Source of the DNA: an uncultured Actinomycetes bacterium | Lineage (GTDB): Bacteria; Actinomycetota; UBA4738; HRBIN12 | Length of the DNA: 64,000 nucleotides | Direction: 5' to 3' | NCBI GenBank assembly: GCA_963825685.1 | Contig: CAWGUD010000041.1 | Location: 13,809 to 77,808 of the forward strand | The notes under the pieces: model-generated | What the model saw: the letters and a program-made list of their open reading frames with translations, nothing else | The model's database searches: none | Told to the model about the DNA's origin: nothing | Position numbers and translations under genes: made by a program | Part shown: positions 9,933 through 20,031 of the stretch, piece after piece | Position numbering within the stretch: the first letter of the stretch is position 1 | How the letters are laid out: each line of letters begins with the position of its first letter

Positions 9933-10846
9933 GTCGCCCCAGCCTCGTCGCCGCCGCAGCGATCGTCCTTGCCGGCACACTCACGGCCGGGTGCATCAGC
10001 TCCGGCCCGGCAGGAACCGGGCATGCGACGGACGCGAGAACGATCGTCGTCGGGGTGTCCGGCGCCTTCGCCGAGAACCAGCTCATCGCGGAGATGTACG
10101 CGCAGGTCCTGGAGCGCGCCGGTTACACGGTCGGGAGAGAGTTCGACCTGAGGTCTCGCGAGGTCTCACAGAGCGCATTGGAGTCGGGCCAGATCGATCT
10201 GAAGCCCGAGTACATCTCGTCGCTGCTGCTGTTCCTCGACTCCAAGGCGCAGGCGTCGAGCGATCCGACCGATGTCGCGAGGCAGATCGGCGAGCGTCTC
10301 CGGCCTCGAGGCATCACGGTGCTCACGCCATCGCCGGCCGAGGACACGAATCAGTTCGTGGCGAACGCGAAGACGGCGCAGGAATTCAACCTGACCACGC
10401 TGAGCTCGCTCGCCCCCGTCGCCGACCGGCTGACGATCGCTGCGCCGCCCGAGTGTCCGCTCCGACCCTTCTGCCTGCCGGGCCTTCGGGACGTCTACGG
10501 CATCCTCTTCGAGGACTTCGAGCCGCTGGACGCCGGAGGGCCGCAGACCGTCGCCGCGCTCAGGAGCGACGAGGTGCAGATCGGCTTGATGTTCTCGACG
10601 GATCCGAGCATCGAAGCGAACGGGTTCATCCCGCTCCTCGACGACAAGCACCTCCAGGACGCGGAGAACATCACGCCGGTGATCCGCACCGAGAAGCTGA
10701 ACGACGAGGTTCGGCGGCTGCTCGACGCGGTGAGCGCCCGACTGTCCAGTGACACGGTGACCGAGCTCGTCGGAAAGGTCGTGATCGACGGGCAGGATGT
10801 GGCCGCTGTCGCGAAGGCGTTCCTCGCCGCGAACGGCCTCCTCTGA
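9929..10846 (+). CDS. Osmoprotectant (glycine betaine/choline-type) ABC substrate-binding lipoprotein
   Basis: Lipobox LTAGC; ENQLIAEMYAQVLE, GQIDLKPEY, FSTDP, LLDDKHLQ typical of the OpuAC/OsmF family; GTGA overlap with the cyclase. Confidence 0.88.
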   Translation: MSRPSLVAAAAIVLAGTLTAGCISSGPAGTGHATDARTIVVGVSGAFAENQLIAEMYAQVLERAGYTVGREFDLRSREVSQSALESGQIDLKPEYISSLLLFLDSKAQASSDPTDVARQIGERLRPRGITVLTPSPAEDTNQFVANAKTAQEFNLTTLSSLAPVADRLTIAAPPECPLRPFCLPGLRDVYGILFEDFEPLDAGGPQTVAALRSDEVQIGLMFSTDPSIEANGFIPLLDDKHLQDAENITPVIRTEKLNDEVRRLLDAVSARLSSDTVTELVGKVVIDGQDVAAVAKAFLAANGLL

Positions 10847-11229
10847 TCGGTCATCTGGATCGATCACGGCACCGACGGCCGCCTCAAGGCGTGTCTTCTC
10901 TTCCCAGGGGAGGCGTGCGGAGCGGCTGCCAAACGGTAGCGTGAGAGAGCGGCTCGCCACGTACGCTAGACACCCCGCTGCAGGCATTCCTCTGCCACGC
11001 TCACGGCAGGAACGGCCGGGGTGGGGTGAGGGGGTCGGAGAGGCTCGTTGAATCCGTCCATCCGTCCTTGCAAGTTAGCCTGACGAAAGTGGATGCCAGC
11101 GCTCAGCGTCAAGGGCGGCGTCTCGCAGGTCGGTAGCTCGTCCGGGTCGACACATGCGGGAGCAGGCCCGGTCCGCCGTCGACCTGAGGCAGGGCGAGCA
11201 CGTGGGTCAAGCTGACAGGGTCGAGCCAG

Positions 11230-11760
11230 GCTGCGGACGGACAGCGGTCGCGCGAGCCATCGAGGCCGCCAGCGACCACTCCTGCACGGCCACGGGCATC
11301 GACAGCAGGACTCTGCTCGGTGGAGACGGCGCCGATGACTCGCGTACATCGCGAGCAGGTCGGCGTCCGCGTAGAACGGGATCCCCGCGAGCACGACGAC
11401 CGCGCTCCAGCGGGGGACGAGGCGCAATCGGTAGAGCAGGACGTAGAACAGCGGCGCCGAGGCAGATCACGAGCGTCGAGCGACGACTCTCGACCGCGTC
11501 AGGGTCGATACGAGGCTGCCCAGACGCACGCCTGCGGGTGACGCCGTGCCCGGTCCTGCCGACATGGCCTCGCCCAGTGGACGAGCAGCAGCCACGCTGA
11601 CGCGAGGATGACGTAGCACGGCCGTCTCGACCGCTCCTCCCACGATCAGGTAGCCGATCGCCAGCACTTCGTCCACCCGGCGCAGCACCGGGAAGAGCAC
11701 CACCGGGACGAACGCGAGCGACAGCCCCATGACGAGCACGAGCAGCGCGCCCGTCACGAC
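11230..11760 (-). pseudogene. Degraded DUF4386-like membrane protein remnant
   Basis: Fragments in several frames (TGALLVLVMGLSLAFVPVVLFPVLRR, RLVPRW, DLLAMY, LLSMPVAVQE); N-terminus missing. Confidence 0.55.
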
Positions 11761-11764
11761 GCGC

Positions 11765-12043
11765 CGGAGGCGCGGCGGAGGCCCGGGCTCGTTCGCCGAG
11801 CCCTATCGCCGCCGTCACGACGAGGACCGCCGTAGCGGCGAACAGCAACAGAATGCCGCCGAGGACCCATTCGGGACCGTCAGACAGCCCGCTCAGCTCC
11901 TGACTAGCGAAGGACAAAGTCTCGTTCGTTGGCTCGATTCGATAGAACGGCAGGAACGAGCCAACCAGGAACGTGGCGACGCCTGCCAGGATCACCGCCT
12001 GACCGTTCCGCGTCCTGCCGCGCTGTTCGCCGTGCGCCTGCAT
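11765..12043 (-). CDS. Small membrane protein, apparently truncated at the junction with the DUF4386 remnant
   Basis: Two hydrophobic segments (VILAGVATFLVGSFLPFY; VLGGILLLFAATAVLVV), after which the reading loses protein-like character. Confidence 0.4.
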
Positions 12044-12215
12044 AGGCTCATCCTGGCGTTCTTACCGACGTACGTCGAACGGATGGCCAACGGGACTGCG
12101 GCGTCGGTACTCGCTGTCACGACGACGTTGACAATGGCCTCGGTGGCTGGGACGAGCCGTCTCTGCTCCGGGACCCTTAGTTGCGGCACTGGCCCATCCG
12201 GGGAAGGATTCGAAG

Positions 12216-13574
12216 GTGGACATCCCCGAGACCCGTTACGCGAAGACCGCGGATGGTGTTCACATCGCGTACCAGACTGTGGGCACCGGTCCGGTCGATA
12301 TCGCCTTCGTGATGGCCTGGACCACCCACATCGAGCTGATGTGGAAAGAGCCGACGCTCGCGCGATTCCTCTCGCGGCTGGCAGCGTTCTCACGGTTGAT
12401 CCTCTTCGACAAGCGCGGTACGGGACTCTCCGACCGCGTGCCCGACGACCGGCTCCCGTCTCTCGAGGTTCGGATGGATGACGCGAGAGCTGTCATGGAC
12501 GCGGTCGGCTCAGAGCGCGCCATCGTGATGGGCTTCTCGGAGGGTGGTCCGATGGCCACGCTGTTTGCCGCGACGTATCCGGAGCGGACCATCGCGCTTG
12601 TCCTGTTCGGGACCAGCGCATGCTGGAGACCGACGATCGACTACCCGTTCCCCGTACCCACCGACGAGCAGCATGAGCGCGACGTCGAGGAGATCGAGCG
12701 GATCTGGGGTACGCGGGAGTTCGCGGCGCAAGAATTGCGGGACTGGGGCGCGCCCACGCTTGCCGAAGATGACCACATGATCGGTTGGCTGGCGGACTAC
12801 CTTCGTCACGCCGCGAGTCCCGGAGCTGCGATCGCGCTCGAGCGGATGAACCGCGGGATCGACATCCGCCCGGCGCTGCCGGCGATCCACGTCCCGACGC
12901 TCGTGCTTGCCCGCGACGGCGACCTCCTGTTCACCGCCGAAGAGTCGAAGTGGATGGCGGATCAGATCCGCGGCGCACGCTTCGTCTCGTTCCCCGGCGT
13001 CGACCACTTCTATTGGGCAGGGAACCAGGACGAGCTGCTCGTCGAGATCGAGCGGTTCGTGGCGGAGGTCGGCGACGAGGAGACCGACCTCGACCGCGTG
13101 CTCGCGACGGTGATGTTCACCGACATCGTGGACTCGACGGCGCAGGGAGCGGCGCTCGGGGACAGAGCCTGGGCCGAGGTGCGAACCCAACACGACCAGA
13201 TCGTGCGGTCGAACCTCGTCCGGTTCCGCGGCCGTGAGATCAAGACGATGGGCGACGGGTTCCTCGCGACCTTCGATGGCCCGGCGCGAGGGGTCCGATG
13301 CGCGGAAGAGATCGCCGCGCAGGTGCAGCCGCTGGGCGTCGAGATCCGGGCCGGCCTGCACACCGGGGAGGTGACGTTCGAAGGCGATGACGTCGCCGGG
13401 CTCGGCGTCGCGATCGGGGCGAGGGTGGGCGCGAAGGCGGATGCGAACGAGGTCCTTGTCTCCCAGACCGTCAAGGACCTGGTCGCCGGCAGCGGCCTCA
13501 CCTTCGAAGACGCAGGCGAGCACGACCTGAAGGGCATACCCGACCGCTGGCACCTCTACCGAGTCGTGAAGTAG
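12216..13574 (+). CDS. Alpha/beta-hydrolase-class III cyclase fusion (LipJ/Rv1900c-like)
   Basis: FDKRGTGLSD, GFSEGG nucleophile elbow; RVLATVMFTDIVDST, KTMGDGFLATFDGP, GLHTGE. Confidence 0.92.
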   Translation: MDIPETRYAKTADGVHIAYQTVGTGPVDIAFVMAWTTHIELMWKEPTLARFLSRLAAFSRLILFDKRGTGLSDRVPDDRLPSLEVRMDDARAVMDAVGSERAIVMGFSEGGPMATLFAATYPERTIALVLFGTSACWRPTIDYPFPVPTDEQHERDVEEIERIWGTREFAAQELRDWGAPTLAEDDHMIGWLADYLRHAASPGAAIALERMNRGIDIRPALPAIHVPTLVLARDGDLLFTAEESKWMADQIRGARFVSFPGVDHFYWAGNQDELLVEIERFVAEVGDEETDLDRVLATVMFTDIVDSTAQGAALGDRAWAEVRTQHDQIVRSNLVRFRGREIKTMGDGFLATFDGPARGVRCAEEIAAQVQPLGVEIRAGLHTGEVTFEGDDVAGLGVAIGARVGAKADANEVLVSQTVKDLVAGSGLTFEDAGEHDLKGIPDRWHLYRVVK

Positions 13575-13629
13575 GTCGCTTCGCGCGCGTGATGTCAGTC
13601 ACGGCTGCTCCGGCGCACCGTCCATCCGG

Positions 13630-13700
13630 TTCCGGGGGGAGGAATCGAACCTCCATTCCAGGCTCCAAAGGCCCGTGTCTTGCCGTTAGACGACCCCGGA
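13630..13700 (-). tRNA. tRNA-Gln (anticodon TTG), CCA not encoded
   Basis: Reverse complement TCCGGGGTCGTCTAACGGCAAGACACGGGCCTTTGGAGCCTGGAATGGAGGTTCGATTCCTCCCCCCGGAA folds as a cloverleaf; usual position upstream of glmU. Confidence 0.95.
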
Positions 13701-13722
13701 TCGAGACGCGCGTGCCGTTCGA

Positions 13723-14275
13723 TTATCCCGCGTCGGCCGTGCGCGCGGTCGAGCGACGCCACACGACCTCGCCGTCGACGATCTCGTCGGTCGCGACCAG
13801 CCCCGCGTTGCGCGCGACGCCGGCCGAGGCTTCGTGCTCGGGATGGACGTACGCCTCGACGGTCGTGCACGCCCTCACCGACGAGCCACCCGACGATCGC
13901 CCGGGCCGCCTCGGAGCCGATACCTCGGCCCTGCTCCGCCGAGCCGATCGTCCACGCGACCGCCGCACGCAGATCGCCGTGATCGCGCTCGACGGTCGCC
14001 TGCGTCGTGCCGAGGACCCTGCGGTCGTCCGCCGAGCGGACGAGCCAGTTCAGCCACGCTTCCTGCCCGTCGGGTGAGCGCTCGGAGCCCCACGCGACGA
14101 GCCGGGCGCGCAGCTCCTCGATCGTGTCGGGGCGCCCGCCGGTGAACGCGTGCAGCCGCTCGTCGTCGAGCACGGGGAAGAGCGCGTCCGCGTCGTCGGG
14201 AGCGAGCGGCGTCAGCCTGAGGCGTTCGGTCTCGATGCCGTCGGCGCGCGGCAGCCCGTCGACGGGATCGATCAC
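13723..14275 (-). CDS. GNAT (RimJ/RimL-type) N-acetyltransferase (frameshift near 13868)
   Basis: IETERLRLTPL, QGRGIGSEA, then HPEHEASAGVARNAGL in a shifted frame. Confidence 0.8.
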
Positions 14276-15181
14276 GCCGACGGTCCGCGATCGCCTCTCG
14301 CAGGCGGACCGCTCACCACGATCGACCCGGGCACCGCGGCCGCCAGCGTGTCGGCATGGCCGAGGTGACGGGCGAGCGCGGCCACCGTCGGACCGCTGCC
14401 GCTCATGAACGCGCCGAGGGCGCCGGCCTCGAGGAACGCGTCGATCGTCCGCTCGACCTCGGGGTGGTGCGCGACGACGCCCGGCTGCAGGTCGTTGAAG
14501 AGCGCGTCTCCGAGCAGCTCGACGTCGCCGATCTCGAGCGCCGCGATCAACACGCCCGGATCGGGCCCGGTGACCGGGGCGTCGTCCCACCACGCGTAGG
14601 CGTCGGCGGCCGACACCCCGAACCCGAAGGGCTTCAGGACCCACCAGATGCTCGCCGCGTGCACGGCGATGAGGCGCTCGCCGCGACCCGACGCGAGCAC
14701 GGGCTCGTCCGCGAGCATCGCCGGCACGTCGGACCCGAGCGCGGCGCCGAGCTCGGCGAGCGCGAACTCGTCGAGACCGCACGACCAGACCTCGTCGACG
14801 GCGAGCAGCGCGGCCGCCGCATCGGCGCTGCCCCCGCCGAGGCCCGCGGCCACCGGGATGCGCTTGTCGAGCCGGAGCGACGACCCCGGGCGACGAGCCG
14901 TCGCGGCCCATCCGCCGGGCGAGCGCCTCCACGGCCCGCCCGGCGAGGTTCTCGCCGGGCACCGTCGAGACGAGGCGCGCGAGCTCCGCGTCCCCCTCGA
15001 CCTCGATCGACACCTCGCCCGGCGCCGCTTCCGTCGCCGTCACGACGTCGTGCAGCGAGATCGGCAGCACCACGGTCTCCAGATCGTGGAAGCCGTCGTC
15101 TCGGCGGTCCATCACGCGCAGGAACACGTTGACCTTCGCGTGGGCCCTGCGCGTCACGGCCCTGGGTGCGAGCGGGCTCAC
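14272..15181 (-). CDS. ispE: 4-diphosphocytidyl-2-C-methyl-D-erythritol kinase (frameshift near 14880)
   Basis: AHAKVNVFL, DGFHDLET, AAGLGGGSADAAA, LGSDVP, MSGSGPT. Confidence 0.93.
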
Positions 15182-16028
15182 GCCGCCACCCGCTCGGCGA
15201 TCGCCGCGAACCCGGCGAGACCGACCTCCTCGGGACGGGCGCTCGGCGAGATCCCGGCGTCCGTCAGCACCTCGTCGGCCGTCTCGCCGTCGAGCCCGAG
15301 GCGCCGCAGCGCGTTGCGCATCGTCTTGCGGCGTTCGGCGAACGCGCCGTCGACCACGCGCCAGAGCGATCGCTCGTCGACGGTGACCGGCGGCGCGGCG
15401 AGCCGGTCGAGCCGCACCACGACCGAGTCGACCTTCGGCCGCGGCCAGAACACGGTGGCCGGCACCCGGCGCACGACCGCGGCCGACGCGCGGTAGGCCA
15501 CGCGCAGGCTCGCGGCGCCGAAGTGCTCGTCGCCCGGCGCCGCCGCGAGCCGCTCGCCGACCTCACGCTGCACCATCACGACCCATCGGTCGATCGCGGG
15601 CACCTCGGCGAGGGTGTCGAGCACGAGCGGCACGGCGATGTTGTACGGGAGGTTGGCGCAGAGCGTCCAGTGGTGGGTCCCACCGAGCTCCGATCGCCAG
15701 TCGAGCTTCATCGCGTCGGCGTGCAGCACCCGCACGCGTGGGAGGCCGGCGGTCACCTCCTCGAGCGCCGGCATCAGTCGGCGATCGAACTCCACGGCGA
15801 GCACCTCGGCCCCGGCATCGGCGAGCGCGACGGTCAGCGAGCCGAGCCCCGCCCCGATCTCGACCACCCGGCTCCCCGCACCGACGCCGGCATCGGCGAC
15901 GATCGCCCGCGCGAGGTTCGGATCGATCAGGAAGTGCTGGCCGAGCGACTTCGTGGGGCGGATGCCGTGGCGGGTCGCGAGCTCGCGGATCGCCCCGGCC
16001 CCGAGCGCCGCCGGGCGCCCGGCCTCAC
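15178..16028 (-). CDS. rsmA: 16S rRNA dimethyladenosine transferase KsgA (start uncertain)
   Basis: KSLGQHFL, VEIGAGLGSLT, ANLPYN, MVQREV, FWPRPKVDS. Confidence 0.93.
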
Positions 16029-17194
16029 CAGGCGATCGAGACGTCGAGGACCCCTGCCCCGAGCGGCTGGAGGACCGCGAACGCCTCGGGCGAGAGGTCG
16101 ATGATCCTCCCCGTGCCGAACGGTCCCCGGTCATTGATCGTGACCGTAACGGAACGGCCGGTCTCGTCGTCGGTCACGGTGACGAGCGTGCCGAACGGCA
16201 GCGTGGGATGCGCCGCCGTCAGGCCCGCCCACGGGGGGTCGTACCACGTCGCCAGCCCCGACTGCGCGTCGCCGACGGCGCCCGGCACCTCGGTCGTGCC
16301 GCCGTACATCGACTGGGGCGGCGAGAGCCGCATCTCGGTGACCGGCTCGCGCTCGATCCACCGACCGATCAGCCGGCGGGACTCGATCTCGCCGTTGACC
16401 GACGTGACGAGGAACGTGCCGATGCCGCGACCGTCCCGGCCTTCCTCGAGCACCTTCACGGGCGTGCCGGGGGTCATGCGCGGCGTGTACTCGGTCTGCA
16501 CGTCGAACGGGATCGTGACGGCTTCCATCTCGGTCACGACGCGGACCTCGTCGAAGGTCACCGTCGTGCCGGCGTGAAGGGGGGTCTCGGGTGATGGCCG
16601 AACGCGGTCGTCAGCGTCGGGTTGGATCCCCATGGCCGAGAGGAGTTCCCCGGTCGTGTCCGCGTTGGTCAGGACTTCGCGCACCTTCCCCAGCACGACG
16701 ACCTGCGCGGACACGGCCGGGGACGTTCCGGCGCTCGAGGCGGAGAAGTCGCTCTCGACGAGCAGGTCCGTCAAGGACACGGAAGCCTGGCCCGTCCCGG
16801 CCATCACCCAGACCCCCACATCTGTGGGGCTTTCGAACACGGCGGCGGTGTCGCCGGTGGCGTTCGCCGCGCTCGCGTCGAGGAACGCCTCGGCGCCGGC
16901 CGCGACGCGCGCCGGGTTCACCACCACGGTCATGCCGTCGGCGATCACGCTCGTCGGCGACGGCTGCACCAGGACCGCCGACGTCAGCGCGATGCCTTCG
17001 TCCGTCAGCAGATCCCGTACGGAGTCGGACGTCGTCGACACGGTCTGATGCTCGCCGTCGACGACGAGGGTCACGTGCTTGCGCAGGGACAGGTTGACGA
17101 CGCCGGCGACGAGCACGATGCCCACGACGACGGTGGCACCCATGACCGCTCGGTGGGTCCGCAGTCGGCGAACCCTCGTGGCGCGGATCGGCAA
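16025..17194 (-). CDS. RpfB/YabE-like cell-wall protein: TM, DUF348 repeats, G5 and a C-terminal RlpA-type DPBB domain
   Basis: Between tatD and rsmA; VTLVVDGE (DUF348), IPF..EGRDG (G5), GLATWY..TAAHPTLPFGT..INDRGPF..RIIDLS (RlpA). Confidence 0.85.
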   Translation of the reverse strand: MPIRATRVRRLRTHRAVMGATVVVGIVLVAGVVNLSLRKHVTLVVDGEHQTVSTTSDSVRDLLTDEGIALTSAVLVQPSPTSVIADGMTVVVNPARVAAGAEAFLDASAANATGDTAAVFESPTDVGVWVMAGTGQASVSLTDLLVESDFSASSAGTSPAVSAQVVVLGKVREVLTNADTTGELLSAMGIQPDADDRVRPSPETPLHAGTTVTFDEVRVVTEMEAVTIPFDVQTEYTPRMTPGTPVKVLEEGRDGRGIGTFLVTSVNGEIESRRLIGRWIEREPVTEMRLSPPQSMYGGTTEVPGAVGDAQSGLATWYDPPWAGLTAAHPTLPFGTLVTVTDDETGRSVTVTINDRGPFGTGRIIDLSPEAFAVLQPLGAGVLDVSIAW

Positions 17195-17309
17195 CCTTCC
17201 TCCAGGTGTCTGAGGAAGGCCTCGCGGGGAAGCGGCTGTGCCGGATCGAAGCCTTCAAGCACGGAAGCACCACGCTAACAAACCCTCAACTCTCACTGCA
17301 ACCTTGAGA

Positions 17310-17325
17310 ACGAACATATGTTCGA
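17310..17325. promoter_or_regulatory. LexA SOS box-like palindrome upstream of the RpfB-like gene
   Basis: ACGAACATATGTTCGA fits the Gram-positive consensus CGAAC-N4-GTTCG; a TTGCAG-N18-TAGCGT minus-strand promoter lies at 17272-17301. Confidence 0.65.
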
Positions 17326-17367
17326 TGCGCGAGCTGCCCTTCGTCGGTCTGGTTCTCGGTGGATCCC

Positions 17368-18189
17368 TTAGCGCAGGCCGGGGAATGCCGCACGCGAGTT
17401 CTCCGAGGTCGCGGCGACGAGTTTTTCCACATCGTCGCCGCGGACGCGCGCGAGCTCGGCGAGCGTGATCATCACGTTCGCGGGATGGTTGTCGGTCCCG
17501 CGCTTCTTCTGCGGCGACAGGAACGGCGCGTCGGTCTCCACCAACAGCCTGTCGAGCGGCACCGCGGCGGCCGCCTGCCGCAGATGCTCGTTCTTCGGGT
17601 ACGTGACGTTGCCGGCGAAGCTCGTGAAGTATCCGCGCGCCGCACACTCGCGAGCGATGTCGGCGTCGCCCGAGAAGCAGTGGATCACCACGTGCTCGGC
17701 CGAACCCTCATCGAGCACTCGAAGCACGTCGGGCCACGCGTCGCGCACGTGCACCACCATCGGCTTGCCCGTCTCGTTCGACCACCCGATGTGCGTGCGC
17801 AGCGTCCGGATCTGATCGGCCTCGGGCGAGTGCATGCGGAAGTAGTCCAGGCCACACTCCCCCACCCCGATCACGCGTGGATCGCCGAGCATCTCCTCGA
17901 TGCGCGCGGCCGCCTCGGCGTCGAACCCGCTCGCGTCGTGCGGGTGCATGCCCGCGGTGGCGAACACACCCTCGAGGGTGTCGGCGAGCTCGGCCGAACG
18001 AGCGCTCGTCTCCACGTCGACACCGACGCAGATCAGCCGATCGACGCCGGCGGCCTTCGAGGTCTCGACCACATCTGCAGGTTCCAGGTCGAGCAGGAAC
18101 AGGTGGCAGTGGGTGTCGACGGCTCCGGTATCAGCCGGGAGTTGAAGGTTCCGGTCGGTCACGAGCGCCGAGACTACACGGGTCTCCAC
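17368..18189 (-). CDS. tatD: TatD family hydrolase
   Basis: DTHCHL, GMHPH, GECGLDY, HCFSG, ETDAPFL; start may be slightly downstream. Confidence 0.93.
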   Translation of the reverse strand: METRVVSALVTDRNLQLPADTGAVDTHCHLFLLDLEPADVVETSKAAGVDRLICVGVDVETSARSAELADTLEGVFATAGMHPHDASGFDAEAAARIEEMLGDPRVIGVGECGLDYFRMHSPEADQIRTLRTHIGWSNETGKPMVVHVRDAWPDVLRVLDEGSAEHVVIHCFSGDADIARECAARGYFTSFAGNVTYPKNEHLRQAAAAVPLDRLLVETDAPFLSPQKKRGTDNHPANVMITLAELARVRGDDVEKLVAATSENSRAAFPGLR

Positions 18190-18206
18190 ATACGGTCGAT
18201 GGGGGG

Positions 18207-18222
18207 AGCTTCACGTGAAACA
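18207..18222. other. parS-like ParB-binding site
   Basis: AGCTTCACGTGAAACA, 14/16 identity to TGTTTCACGTGAAACA; intergenic between tatD and metG. Confidence 0.6.
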
Positions 18223-18296
18223 TGATTCTTGGAAGCCTCACCCCGAAGTGCAGGGGGGTGGAAAACGGTGGAAGACTCCGCCCGAGCTATCCCGAG

Positions 18297-19840
18297 CTAT
18301 CCGGCCTCGAGTCGGGGGAAGAGCGAGTCTCCCTTGGTCGTCGTCGGTACCCACGGCGAGGCCTCCCCACACCCCTGCGGCCGGAAGTCGCTGGGCGTCG
18401 AGCGGCTCGGCGATGCCGAGCTGAGCCCACAGCGCCTGTGCCGCTCGCGGCATGATCGGCGCGACCGCGACGGCCAGCACGCGCAGGGTCTCCGCGGCGG
18501 CGTAGAGCACGCTCGCGAGCTCGTCGCGGTTCGCCGGGTCCTTCGCGAGCTTCCACGGCTCCTTCTCGACCAGGTAGTGGTTCGCCCGGGCGACGATGTC
18601 CCAGACCGCGACGAGCGCGGGCTGCAGCTGCACGGCGACCATGTGCTCGTCGTAGCGGCGGAGCGCGTCGTCGATCACCGTCGGCAGGTCGCTCTCGGCG
18701 CCCGGCGTCACCGGCTCGGGCACCGCGCCGTCGAAGTTGCTCGCCAGCATCGCGAGCACGCGGCTCGCGAGGTTGCCGAGGCCGTTCGCGAGGTCGGCGT
18801 TGTGGCGCTCGGTCATCGACTCCCACGAGAAGTTGCCGTCCTGGCCGAACGAGATCTCGCGCATGAAGTAGTAGCGGTACGAGTCCGTGCCGAAGTGGTC
18901 GATCAGGTCGAACGGGTGGATGCCCGTGAGCTTCGTCTTCGACATCTTCTCCCCGCCCACGAGCAGGTACCCGTGCGCCCACACCTGGGTCGGCGGCTCG
19001 AGCCCGGCGGCCATCAGCATCGCGGGCCAGTAGACGGCGTGGAAGCGGACGATGTCCTTGCCGATCAGGTGGATGTTCGCCGGCCACTCGCCGCGCGAAC
19101 CGCTCGGGGTCGTTCGCGTAGCCGGCCGCGGTGATGTAGTTCGTGAGCGCGTCGAACCAGACGTAGGTCACGTGCTCCGGGTCCCAGGGGATCGGCACGC
19201 CCCAGTCGAACGTCGTGCGGCTGATCGAGAAGTCCTGGAGCCCTCCCTCGATGAGGCTCAGCACCTCGTTGCGGCGCACGTCGGGCTCGATCGCGGACGG
19301 GTGCGCCGTGTAGTGCTCGAGCAGGCGGTCCGCGTACGCCGAGAGCCGGAAGAAGTAGTTCTCCTCGCGCATCTGTTCGACGGGCCTCCCGTGGATCGGG
19401 CAGTTCCCCTCGATCAGGTCGTCCTCGGTGTAGTAGGCCTCGCACGCGACGCAGTACAGGCCCTCGTACGTGCCCTTGTAGATGTCGTCGCGGCCGTTGT
19501 CGTGCACGGCCTGCAGGATCTTCGCGACCGCCTCGTAGTGGCGCGGCTCGGTCGTGCGGATGTAGTCGTCGTAGCTGATGTCGAGGCGCTGCCAGACCTC
19601 GCGCCAGCGGGGCTCGAGGGAGTCGGTCCACTCGCGCGGCGTGACGCCGTTCTCCTCGGCGGCCCGCGCGACCTTGAGCCCGTGCTCGTCGGTGCCGGTC
19701 AGGTAGCGCACGTCGTCGCCGCGCAGGCGCCGGTAGCGCGCGATGAAGTCGCTCGCGACCTCGGTGTAGGCGTGGCCGATGTGGGGCACGTCGTTCGCGT
19801 AGTAGATCGGCGTGGTGATGAAGAAGACGTCCCGGCCCAT
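18297..19840 (-). CDS. metG: Methionyl-tRNA synthetase (frameshifts near 19090 and 18345)
   Basis: ITTPIYY, HIGH, GTDEHG, C-x2-C, YVWFDAL, KMSK, C-terminal KGDSLFPRLE. Confidence 0.95.
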
Positions 19841-19985
19841 GGTCGGGTCATGATACGGGTTGGGGTTGCTAGTCTGGGCCAGACTAGTGGCGTAGGCTGG
19901 AGCGGGGCGCTGGGCGGCTGGGCCGCCACGACTTCGTCCCGAGTGTGACGAGCGTCACGGAACCGAGGCCGGGGTGGGCGTAGCG

Positions 19986-20001
19986 TCGAGCGCATGTTCG
20001 A
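19986..20001. promoter_or_regulatory. SOS box-like site upstream of the HNH gene
   Basis: TCGAGCGCATGTTCGA, one mismatch to TCGAAC-N4-GTTCGA. Confidence 0.55.
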
Positions 20002-20031
20002 GGTGTGCGGGTCTCCGAGGCAGGTGCGGCC

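Noticed and set aside
10850-11200. Possible ncRNA or hammerhead ribozyme (CTGACGA at about 11080)
   Set aside because: No stem II/GAAA core arrangement and no convincing fold; more likely island debris.
17195-17270. c-di-AMP (ydaO) riboswitch upstream of the RpfB-like gene
   Set aside because: The conserved riboswitch core sequences were not recognisable by eye.
18281-18302. Tandem CCCGAGCTAT x2
   Set aside because: Too short to interpret; a local duplication at the metG stop.
5994-19840. Programmed frameshifting or pseudogenisation of prs, glmU, ispE and metG
   Set aside because: No slippery sites, and these essential genes could not all be inactive; sequencing error is the simpler explanation.
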